Shown: piece by piece, positions 1 to 12,191 of the stretch
Position numbering within the stretch: position 1 is the first letter of the stretch
Layout of the letters: each line of letters starts with the position of its first letter
Assembly (NCBI RefSeq): GCF_000181795.1
Contig: NW_003526943.1
Location: 4,305,228-4,369,227, forward strand
Reading direction: 5' to 3'
Source of the DNA: Trichinella spiralis
Lineage: Eukaryota
DNA length: 64,000 bases
Made by a program: the position numbers and the translations under genes
Notes under the pieces: model-generated
The model's database searches: none
Told to the model about the DNA's origin: nothing
The model's input: the letters and a program-made list of their open reading frames with translations, nothing else

Positions 1-889
1 CGAGAAAAGCGGCAACTGAGTGGCGGGGCAACTGTGCAAATGAACGCGTTTCAACACGGAAAGCTGGTTTCCCAAACGTTCAAGGTTGCTTAAACAGCTT
101 TAAAATGCTTTGAATGCAGTTGACAATTTCGACATCTGTCAGTTTAAATTTAAATCGTGGCCAGTTGGAAAACTTTCAAAACAAGAATTTCTCATCCATT
201 GCTATACTTGGCATTTGCTTAATATATATATATGTAATATATAAGTAAGCGATTTAATTCAATAAAATTAAATAAATAAGTGCATTTATTACTTTATTTA
301 TTTATTATTTAACGTTTTATTTATTAATTACATATCTGTTTATTGTTACATCTAAGCAGTTGTTTACTTGTTTCAGTAATTCGATCTTGTTTATCTAATA
401 ATCTGCATGTAAGCTTTGGAATCGCTGCTGTTGCCACACTCTTAGTTGTCCACATTCTCAATGTTAATTCACTTTGATGCGTCAATTTTAAGACTTTCCT
501 CTTATGCATATATTCCATGAACTTTGCAAAAGATTGACCTTCTTCATCACCTGTTCAGTATGCACAACCATATATTGACATATATTATATACAGGTCACT
601 GTTTATTTGGTTGCAAGCTATTTTTATTTTTCTAAAATACTGTTTCAAAAAAAAAGATTTCTTTACTAATTATAAATGTATTTTTTCCAAAAAGCAAAAA
701 ACTATAATTATTTCAGAAATTGATCAATCAACTTGAACGCCGCCTGTAAAGTCTGCATTTACCAATCTTGTTACTAATTGGTTGGCTGGCATTTTCAATG
801 GTCAATAACTGGATCAGTTTTTATATTAAAAGCGCATTGAATAGGCTTTTTTGAACCAGTAATTTTTTGTATTGATTTGTACACACTCA

Positions 890-3800
890 ATGAGAATTTC
901 TGTGGAGAAAGAAGAAGCTCGATGTCGAGAGCTTGTCACCAACTATACACAAACTGCTGACTCGTGCTTGCCAGATTTTGACGGTTCCATTTGTTGGGAA
1001 TCATGCCCAGTCGGCACTTCAATGCAACTGGAATGTCCATTTGAATTTTGCACCCACTGCCATTTGCAAGGTGAGCATAAATTTCAAATCAATCTTTGCC
1101 ATTAAATATGTCAAAATAAAAGTTTTTATCAATTAGCATATTAAAAAAACTTTTCTTCTACTTTACTTAATGGTCAATGGTTGGTTAAGTGTATATATCA
1201 GTAGCGCTGTATCTGTGTAAAAATTTTTGGAAACTCTAAAATTAATTTAAATTTTTAATGATTTAATTTTTCATTTTAATATAATTTAATGGAATCAAAT
1301 TTCTTCTTGAAATTTAATCCTATAGAGATAATTTTAAATCGAACTTGTTTTTAAAGTACTAGCATTGATTGTGTTGTTATTAATGAAGAGAAATATGCTA
1401 TGCAAACATGAATAATAACTGTTGCATAATTGCATATTATTTTATTATGCATAAAACTTTCAATAAATTAAGTAAAAAAAGAAATAAAAATAATGAAAGT
1501 TAATTGAAGCTGACTTTCAAAATATAAGAAAAAGCATGCAGGAATGACAGAATAATAAGAAAATTGTTGAAGTGAAAAATTATTAATAATGGCAAATTAT
1601 AATTATGAAACTAAATATGCTCATATCCAATACTTTGCTTTTAATTATCCGTTCTCTGTTGAATTGGAAACTGTTTGTTGTTAATGGTGCAAAAAGTAAA
1701 TTTATCCTGTGTATCCTAAAATTTACTGTTTAAATGCTTTCATCAGAGGCTTATATTGGAAAACTTTGTCTCAGAGTGAACTTTAATTTTAATTTGATCA
1801 TCTATATTTTTAATATTATGTTTAATTAATTATAATGTTATGTTTTATTTTAAAATTTACTTGTTTTTTGTACTTTCTTAATGAAACAGTTATTTTAAAT
1901 TGATATGAATTCTTTCATTTATAAAAAATCTTCAGAAGTTAAATGAACATTTTTACATTTTTACTGATATATCTAAAAGTTCATATTCAACATGCTAAAA
2001 ATTTTCAATTCTTTTGCAGTGAAGTATTCCAAAGCTCTTAGTAAAAGAGAATTTTCTTTTCTTGGCAAATTTAATCATAAATAAATGAAATGAAATTACC
2101 TTTTACAAATCATTTCATCATTACTTATGGTATGCTTTACATATGGTAAAATAAATAATGTTTAAATTCTCTTTTTTTCAGATCGATTTGTTGAACGGAG
2201 GTGTTCAGAAAATGGAACATGGGAAAGTGCGAATTATGAAAACTGCGTGTTTATTTTTACTCACAATGGCTCCTGTATAGAAAAAATTTGTCATGGGGTA
2301 AATATCTTTACATGCATAAGTTAATGTTTGGTTTCTTTTTTTCTTTTCTCAAAATCATCAGTTTTTCCAGTGCCCAGATCCTTTTCGGGATAGCTTCCGG
2401 GTAATTACTTTATGGCTTAGTGTTATATCAGCTATTTTAATGATAGCCTCCCTTGCAACATTTATTAAACTCAAGTAAGCCATATTTTGTTGTTTTGATA
2501 TGTTCATTAAACAGTGTACTAATAATTTTGAAATTGAATGCTCAGTATGATGGTAATAGACCATAATAAACGTTGCAACCATTAAACTTTTTAAATAAAG
2601 GATTATTAAAACGTGACTGAGCTAATTGCATTTACTACATTTTGACACAATTGATGTGCCTTGAGCATTATATAATTAAGTTGTCTTTTAGTTTTTAATT
2701 TTATTTCGTTTACATTATTTAACATTTCTAAATATTATTTGAAAACGTTTACTGCTTGTAAATATTGAAATATCAACAATTTTCTTGGTATAAAATATAT
2801 TTCTATGTAATTTTGATCATTTACACGCATAAAATTATTATTTCAACATGATAACTTTAATTAGAAGTTAATTAGCACAGCATGTAATGCAAATCAATGA
2901 TGTATTTGATTTCCATTTGCGTGATTATGTAATTTCAATTTAATATTCCATAATAATTTAATTCTGTTGAAAGACTTTAAAAATAATTATATTCTCATAT
3001 TTTCGTTTTATGATTCATGATAATTATAATATCTAGTTTTGATTTTGAATAAATTTGAAATATAAATTTAAAAAATTGTACATGCAAATTTCGATTATCT
3101 ATTTGTAAGATATATTTTTTTTGATTATTGAAAATATTGTAATTAATAAAAAAACCAATGTTGCAGATCTTTGCAATGTCGGAGGCTGACCATTCATAAA
3201 CATCTCGTGGCAGCATACATCATTCGCTTTATTATTTTTATCATTTGGATTGTTCTCCAGCGCGATCAAGTATTTAACGGTTGCACTGGATTAGATCCGA
3301 AAAAAATTGTAAAAATTTTACAATCATTACCACTAATCATCATTAAATATGGATGGTAATTGTTGAATTGCTTCTAGGATTGGTTGTGCAAATTAATTTT
3401 GGCAACTATTATGTATTCTACTCTTTCCAGTGTACTTTGGATGTTTTTGGAAGGTGCATATTTGGTCAGTCGTTTTACTGTGTTCGCAATGCGATCTACC
3501 GAGGGACATTTTTTAATCTACATTGCCGTTGGTTGGGGTAAATGTGCAATTTACAAATCGAACATTATTAACAAAACGAAATGTTCACATGTACATCAAA
3601 ATAAATTTGCATTAGGCTTGCCTGTGTTGTTTGTTCTCGGTTGGGTATTAGCTTTGGAACTGCAACCAGTAGTGCCTCGATGTTGGCTCCCGTACACAGG
3701 CAATTCCATGATGTGGCTTTTAATAGGTCCCATGTCCGTTGCACTAGGTGTAAGTTTTTATCTGGTTATAAAGTAATTTTTGATTAAAAAAAAGAAATTA

Positions 3801-4394
3801 TTTTTTCAGTTGAATTTTTTGTTTCTTCTTGTAATTGTGGTTGTTCTTGTTCAAAAGTTGTGGGCTTCCAACACGGCGGAATCGAGGAAAATTTGGTATG
3901 CAGCATAGGAAAATTTTAATAAAACTAAAATGCGTAATTCCAATATTTTTTTTACTTTTTACAGGAAAACCATCAAAGCAACATTATTGTTGGTGCCGTT
4001 GTTGGGTTTGACAAATTTGTTGCTTTTCTACGAACCAAACAGCGAAAACAAAGTAGCCTACCATGCTTACATGCTGTCGTCGGCAATTTTACAACATTCC
4101 CAAGTAAAAATTAAAAAAAAATTCATATTTACTAAAAACAAAAAAAATTAATTTTTTAAAATTTCAATTCAACAAAATTTTCAGGGTATTTTTGTGGGAA
4201 TTTTTTACTGCTTTGGAAATGCAGAAGTTCAGACGGCGTTGAGACGTCGAATCGAACGCTGCCGCCTATATCAGCCGCTGGTTTTGAAGAATCGCTCTTT
4301 CAGCGTTGCCCAAGCAAACACTGCCGCGCATCGTCGCACTGATCAAATTACTGAAGAGACGACCATGGTGGATAACAAAACGTTGTATGGATGA
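890..4394 (+). CDS. seb-3: Class B (secretin-family) GPCR, CRF/DH44-receptor-like; about 9 exons; 5' end uncertain
   Basis: Hormone-binding domain C..FDGSICW...CP (exon ends 1070) continues as RRCSENGTW...NYENC (2182-2297). TM1 exon 2371-2474; LQCRRLTIHKHL from 3167; WMFLEGAYL (exon from 3378); RKTIKATLLLVPLLGL; QHSQ|GIFVGIFYCFGNAEVQ. Exons join in phase through GT-AG introns; stop TGA at 4394. The symbol rests on remembered similarity to nematode SEB-3. Confidence 0.85.
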
Positions 4395-5539
4395 ACCGTT
4401 GAATGCAAAATTATCTCACATTATTATTATTATTATTATGCGCATTTATCCGTTTTTAATATTCTTTTCAATAAATGCATATATTATTTGTTCTCTGCAC
4501 AAGCTTCTGAGAGTGGGATTAGCAGAATTGGCTCACGTCGAACAAAATGAGCCGAAGAAAAATGTGACAAGTCGTTTTCAAGTGACGTCATCAAAAATGC
4601 TACATCATCTTTTCAAAAATCTTTTTTATCCATTAGCATTCAATTCTTGTTTGTCCACTGCAGAACAGCTAATTTTTTCACTTCACATCACTGTTGTTTG
4701 TCATCAAGTAATAATAATATTATTATCATTCTAGGTTCAGCTAAGGTAGGACAAATTCGTTGCCATGGAATTCAATACGTTGTGTAAAGTGATGCGAATT
4801 TAAATTTTCAAAATCAAAATAGAAAACATGAACAATAACAACAATAATAATAATAATACACGTGCAAACTTGTGATGTAAAAGCGTTTTCTTTAACGACA
4901 ATCCAATAAAATAACTCCTGCAACGCATTATTGCAAGCTTGGTTTGAAAAAAACTAAAAAAATGCCTATAAATAAATAGATAAAATGTAAAACAAAAAAT
5001 GTATGACAAAAATGTATATAAATTGCTATAAATAGAATCCATCAGTAGAATTTAATGAAAAAGAAATTTTCATTTGATCATTTCATTTCAACTAGGTGAC
5101 ATGGAAAAGCATTAAATTATGGTAATTGTTGAATTGCTTTAATTATTACATTAGAAAATGCTGAACTGAAACGTTCAGCAAAAGAATATCTATCATCTAT
5201 CTTATTTTAAAGCAAATTACACACACATTCAAAAACAAAGACTATATACTTTTTGGACAATAAGTTTTCTCATCTTCTCGATAGACATACTACAGTACGA
5301 ACATTGTAAACAAAGCACACTTGATTGAATATTGTATAATTATAAAATCAAATAGCCACTTTTTGTATGGAAAATTGAATTTTTATTGCTCAAAACGGTT
5401 TGAATTGGATGATTTTTTACCAGCACAAATTTCGTTTGCCAAAAAAAATAATAAATTAATTCGATGAAATTGATTCTCTCTGAAGAGCTGAAAAAGAAAA
5501 ATAACAAGAACAATAGAAATGAAGAACCAACAAAAAGTG

Positions 5540-8500
5540 TCAACTGTTCGCAGTGAACCATTGGAATTTAACCTCGCAGAGGTTGTGCAGGGATATGGTG
5601 AAATTGAAAATTGTCTGCCGATGCGCGGGCACATCTGCCGATGCCGTATAGTTCAGAGGGGTGCCATTGAGCGTGGCGCCGATCAAGCGGCCCGGCAAGC
5701 CGACCAACTGGAGCTCGTCGACAGCAACGGTCGTGTTGTAGCCTTGGTGCAAGCAGACGAAGTTCATGGAAAATACCGTGTCGTCTTGTCCGATTTCGGA
5801 CGTCACCAGCATGCGCATGTACAAAAACGAGCCCTGTTCCGTTGGAGATGAGCCGTCGTCGTGGAACAACGTTCCCGCCGCATCGTAGGCGTCGCTCAGA
5901 ACGACCAACAGTTGCATGCTGTTGCGCCGGCTGAGTTCGGTATTCAAATCCGGGATTTGCGTTGGAAGAACGCTGCCTCCGCGTAGGTCGACGATGATGC
6001 TGTCGGCGTCGCAGCCGACCTCAACCTGCATAGCGCCATCGTGATTCGGGCGTGGTTCGTAGTTGAAATAATCGAACCAACGCCCGGCCGGATAGTAGAC
6101 CAACCGTTTGACGGCTTTGTTTTCCAAAATGGGACTGACCAACAACGAAGCACCCCACAAGAACTGATCGTCCACATCCCAAGTGCCTTTGTCGGTCGGA
6201 AATTCCACGAACAAAGCTCGAACTACGGGCGTGCCGTAGACGTGCGATTCGTACATCAGCGTGTACAAGTAGGGAAGAAGGCGGTAACGTTCGAGCAATA
6301 TGCGACGAGCCATGGCCGCAAATTCTGGTCCAAAACTGGCCGGATCTTGGTCAACAGTGCCGATGATGTTGTGATTTCTGCTGAACGGATAAAAGGCGCC
6401 CAGTTGAGTCCAACGACGACAAAGCGATTCGGTGGTGTTGAACACAAAGCCGCATATGTCCGAGCCGACCATGTTGAAGCCGAACAGATTGTATTCCAAC
6501 ATGCCCACTATAGACCAGTGGAGCTGTTCCCAGTGGGCCTGATTGTCACCGAGCCAGTGGAACGCGTGACTCGCGGTGCCGAGAAAATTCGATCTGGTCA
6601 AAATGAACGGTCGCTTGTCAGGCTGGAGCTTTTGCAGCGCTTCTCTAGTTGCGATGCTCATCGCATGTCCGTACAAGCTGTGCAAGTTGTAATGCATGCC
6701 TGCGTACATTTTCGCCTCCATGCACATCGTCTTGCCGTAAAGACCGGCAACGTCGAAATCTTTCACACGTGGAATGTATTCGGGCCAATTGAAGCTGTCG
6801 TTTCGACAATGTTGAGCGTAGGAATTGTTGTAATTGTCAGCATCGTTGAAATTGGAAGCTTCGTTCATATCAATCCAAAGTCCATCGAAATTTATACTCT
6901 GAACGTTGGTAAATTTGTTGAAAATTAATTACATAATTATAATCAATAATAAATACCCTGTGAAAATTGGCAATTGCATTGAACCAATATTCCGATATGT
7001 TCGGGTGGGTAAAGTCTGGATAATGGCATTGGCCGGGCCAAACGTTGCCCAAATAGTAGCCAAACGAATCGTCGGCATCTTCGACAAACGTCCTCTTGTC
7101 AAGTGCATCCAAATATGGATAATACGGTATCGCTTTGCAGGGTTCTTGCTTTTCGTCACTGCTGTCCGAGTCCAAAAAATACTCACTCGTCCTTATGCAA
7201 GGATCGACTATTGGTACGAAACGAATGTGACGCTGTTTGAGCTTGTCGACCATCGTCGGCAAGTCGACCCAACTGGACGAACAGTTGTTGTAAGTGAACG
7301 CGTACTTTTTGTACATGTAATCAATGTCGCCCCATTGGACGTCGTGCGGAATTCGGTGCTCGGCCATTCGATCCACCACATCCCAAATTTGAGAAGTGCC
7401 CCTGTAGCCCCAACGGCTGAGCTGAAAACCAAGTGACCAGTAGGGAGGCATGGCCGGCCGCCCGACGACACTGGTCAACTGTTCGACGACGTTCTTCGGA
7501 GACGGACCGGCGAAAATGTAAAAATCCAACACGCCACCGACGGTACGCCAAGTGACAGCAGGCGTCGGTTGAAGCCACACTTCCATGGCGTTGCTGTTGG
7601 CGAGCATGACGCCGTTGGCGTTGCCGTCGGCGTCTTCCAAGCAGATGTAGAACGGCTGGACGCCGTACAAATTCCAGCCGTGGTTGTAGAGTCCCTCGTC
7701 GCGGCTCCACATCGGCCAGCGGGTCCAGTTCATGTCCCGCCTGAGGCTGTGGGCGGTGTGCTCGCCGAAGCCGTAGACGTTGTCCGAGGCGGTTCTGGTG
7801 CTGATTTGCAAAAATTGGTCGGCAAAGTAAAAATCTTGCGTGTTGCAGCTGTCGAACAAAGTTTTGCCGGTCGACTTGCGCACCAGCCGCACCCCGAACG
7901 GATTTTTGCACAATTCCATCCGGCAGCAGTCGGTTTCCAACTTGCCGATCCGGCCGGCCGGCAAACGCAGCAAACTGTCCGGTATTTGAAACCTGCAACA
8001 TGCAAATTCAAATTTGCATACCAGCCGCGTTATCCCTCGACACACCTCTTCTCGTTCGGATCGTAGATGGTGATGCGAAATATGTTGTCGTCGACCACCG
8101 ACAAATTCACCGCCAACGGTTCCACCGCCGGTCCGTAGAACTCCTCGCCGTCGTAGGTGAGCGTCGCCTGGCCGGCGTCGTTCCTGAAATCCACCGAATA
8201 GCCAGTGTGGTCGGCCGGTATCTGGCACTTCGGTGCCCCGGCTGGCGCCTCAGGCTGCCAGCTGCAGCCCAGCTGCTGGCACAGTTGAGCGTCCAGGTGT
8301 TCCAATAGCTGATCGTGATAGTGGGGAACGCAATCACCGACGACATCCGAACGCCGGATACTGGGATGGTCGAGCTGATCGACGGACAGCCAAATGGCCA
8401 AGGCGATCAGGAGAATTAGCAACGCGAACGCGAGCACGTTCAAAATTGACCTGTTCGACTGCAGACGACTGGCGACGAGCGAAAGCATCCTGCGCGCCAT
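5540..8500 (-). CDS. GH31 alpha-glucosidase (lysosomal GAA / maltase-glucoamylase-like) with N-terminal TM anchor and trefoil-like domain; 3 exons, about 949 aa
   Basis: Exons 8500-8046, 7992-6957 and 6898-5540 join in frame. Nucleophile motif FDGLWIDMNE, acid/base motif HWLGDN, plus GSDICGF, WTQLGAFYPFSRNHN and PPYWSLGFQLSRWGY. Hydrophobic stretch VLAFALLILLIALAIWL is followed by a Cys cluster (C...LCQQLGCSW...PKC). Confidence 0.95.
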
Positions 8501-11500
8501 TGGACTACAGTACTGACGATTGCATGTGAGCAAATGGAAGCTGAAAAATTTAATCACTACCGCTGAGCGACTGATTCACTTACAATATTGAATAAATAAA
8601 TGCTTGTTTTTTTTGGTGGGGGGGGGGAGGAAACATATTATGCATATAATAAACTAGCTTTGGCTAAATATCGAACGTGCAGTTGGTTAATTGTATTATT
8701 GGCACCGGCATCCGTTGGTTGGCTGGCATTCATTCATTATTCAAACTGCACCATGTATAATCGTTCACAACTGCCAAAATTGCCAAACTATAACCTGAAA
8801 CAACGTTAATTCGATTATTAATTTTAGACGTTCAAATTTCACGATTACTAATTTGGAAAAAAGTAAACAGCAGAAAATTTTAATAATTTCATCTCATACA
8901 AAAAAACAAATTGCTAATTGAATTGGAAAATTAATGTTGAAATGAAACTGCAAAAAACGAGAGTACGTGAAAGTGAATGGAATGGGAAAATTAAAATGAA
9001 AAAAGCCAGTTTGATGATAACAAGCTCTGGTGGAACAAGTTTCTATCTAGAATATAAAGCTTGAAAAATTGCAACCGAAATATTCCATATCAAAATTTCG
9101 AACAAGTTTCATTTCTATTCATACGATTAATTAATTAATGATGAGAAAATTGTTTAAAAAAAGAATAATTTTTTCACTTGTAAACATTGAAAAATAAAAA
9201 TTGATAAGATCGATTTTTCAATATTAGCAGCTTATATTTCCCATTCATAAAATTAATTATTTTCAAATTAAAAATAACTTCAAATTGATGAATGAATGAG
9301 TGCATTGTCAAATTTGCATACATAACTAAGCCAATTATGAAATGGTCGGATTATTTGGAAAAATATAAAGCAAAAACAAAATTGAATGTCACAAATGAAA
9401 GTCGATTATTTGAATACGTACAGAAATTATGGACGGAACAATCTGGTTTGGAATTATAATATAAAAATTTGGTCAAATTTATGTGTGACGAAGCACAATT
9501 TTGCAAACGATGCTCATTTGTCCAGTTTTTCGGTTTTGTCCATGCCTTTTGCTAAATTATTGGAAACAACAACAACGAATACAACAGTGCATGAAAGCGT
9601 TGCTTGCGAGCAATTTTCAAAGACAATATTTTATGCTTAAATTAATAAAAATTATAAATTCCAAAATTGACCACCATTATTATTCAGCTTTGCATAGAAT
9701 ATAGATTATGATTGATCAGCAGTCGATGGTATTCGTCAATTGTGGTGACAATAATCGACGAAAAGATGATGATGAAAAGCATCATTTGGAAAAGAAGGTG
9801 TTAAAAAAAGTTTCATTCACTTGTACACGCCACGATTCAGACCAACAAAAGCCGATCGCCCACGACGATGTTGACATCGAAGACGGTAAGAAGCATCTCG
9901 CTTATTTGAATTTCAGACAATAAAAATAATCCAGCTCAACAGAAAGCACAGGTTTTCTTTTTGTTCATTTGTACATTTACTTCTACATGCGGCAAAAATA
10001 TTCGAATCAGTTTATTTAAATTGATGAGAAAGTCAAACAATTCCTGCGTTTTGAAAAATCATATGAACTGCTAACATTACAAATTTTCCTAGATAAAAAT
10101 TCAAATTGACATGACAGACATTTATTTTTATTCAAGATGTCCAAAAATTCAACTGTAAATTTCAATGCATCCGAAACATTTGTTCTCTTTCTCTGATGAA
10201 TCATCAAATTGTACTTTATAAATCAACAATAATCCTATTTCTGACAGATGTATTTCGTCAATTGTGCAAATATTTGTACAATCCAACAAGCTTCCTTGTA
10301 TTGTCTTTCAATGTTGAACATTTTTAGTTAGCTGCTACTAAAATTATACCAAATCTGCTGATCGACTTATTTCAAATAATAACTGTTTTAATTGCTTTTA
10401 TTTTTTTCTGAATAAACAAATGTCATGAGTAATTAAAAGTTGAATTAATAAAATTTTTTTCACATAAATCACTTGATAAACAGTTATCCGATCTTCCTCT
10501 TCTACAAGCGTGATTCACCAGCAAACATCAATATTTCGGAAAAATGATTTAAATATTTAAAATTTTTAAATTCAAAAAGTGATCGTAAAGTACTTTTGTT
10601 TGAAAAATTTATTATTTAATATTAATGTTTCTGCAATTTACATTAACTTACAGTGAAAAAGCTCTTTGCTAACAAAGGCAGCGATTGGCGTAAAACAATG
10701 ACAGCTTTCGAGAACTCTATTGCGCAATTCACGTGTGAAAAATTGAATTATTACAGTATAACAATTGTTAAATGATGTTTCATATGGACGTCAACATTGT
10801 CGTGCAATTTCTGAAAGTCATGCAAAATTGACTGCACGTTCAGCATCTGCACAACTGCCGCTCAATCAATAAACAATTCATCGCATTCAAGAATAAATGC
10901 TGCTACAGTATATTTTTAAAATAAATTAACAAGCAGTTGTTTGTAATAATTGTTATTGTGTAATATATTTCATATATTTTCTTTGAAATGAAATTATTTC
11001 AAATGCAAACGTAATTTATATCACGATGTAATTTTATTTGAATTACAAGCTTCTTTAAATATTATTTTAAGAATTATTGCAATGGATAATTTTTCGTATA
11101 ATCAATTTGAAATATGTTATTAAATTTGAAAAATTTCTGTTTTTCTTTTTGAAAATAACATCAAAAAGATGCCATTTTACAAGTTATACTTGAGTGCAAT
11201 TTACCATAAGCAAGTTGAGCTAGTATTGAATTTCAGAAAAATGTTTGAAAACTTCTATTCTTGCTGTTGTTGAGATTGTTGAGACGATGTTCAATATTAG
11301 CTTTTGAAATCGTCATCGCGTAATATTTTCCAAACTAATTTTGTTGGTACGGTTAAAAATAAAATTAACAATAATTTATTCTGTTCGACGTTTCAAAATC
11401 CATGCTTACGTACATACATACGTACGTACATACAGTTGGGCACACACGTTGCTGTTGTGTCGTCTGGATGCTGTTCTCAAAATTGTATGTATGCAAATTC

Positions 11501-12191
11501 ATTTGCACTGATTTTTTCCCCTGAACAAACCAGATATCCATGCACAAATTGAATGGTGCAAGTTGAACCGACCGGCTTGTTAAAAGCAAATCGGTTGCAT
11601 CCAGTTGGCGGAACTTTTCTAGAGTTGAATCGCATTTCGCATCTTTGCATTCTTAAGACGGTAAAATGCTTTTCCAGTTTGTTCGCAATGTTCAGTTGTC
11701 ACTGTTGATTGCGCAAATGTTTCAAAATTTTAATAGCACTTCCTTTCACGTTTTTATAAGATGATGATAAGTTCGCTGACCTCTATATACAACTTGTCAG
11801 CAAGCTGGTAGTTTTCTTATAAATTGAACTCCAGTTTTAAAAGTTCGCTTTTTTCATCTTTTTTGAAATTTTTATTTTAATTCCACCTTTGTAAACTGCC
11901 ATCGCATTTTTCGGATGGAATATTTCATTCACTTGTCAGGTAGATTGTTTAATTTCAAATGCTATCATATTCCAGTTTATGCCGATCTTAATCGAAATAT
12001 TGATTTCAGAATCAATCAATAATAATAATCAGCTTCTCATAGACAAGCTAGCTTTTCTAAGAGTTGCTATTTGGGGTTGCATTTAAAATACTTTCTTCTT
12101 CACTGTAATAAACAGTACTTTTTCCTCTTGTGAACAATATACACACATTTTCATACGTCATGCGTTGATTGAATAAGATAAATTTTTTGAA

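Noticed and set aside
6041..6928. 295-aa plus-strand ORF, plus other long ORFs opposite or overlapping the GH31 gene
   Set aside because: Antisense shadows of a GC-rich, codon-biased CDS; no recognisable motifs.
5540..8500. Horizontal transfer from bacteria, suggested by high GC
   Set aside because: The gene has two spliceosomal introns and an animal-type TM plus trefoil-like N-terminus.
9708..9923. 71-aa ORF with an upstream AG and a GTAAG donor
   Set aside because: No convincing downstream exon or homology. The 13-mer ttcgtcaattgtg shared with about 10254 could be chance.
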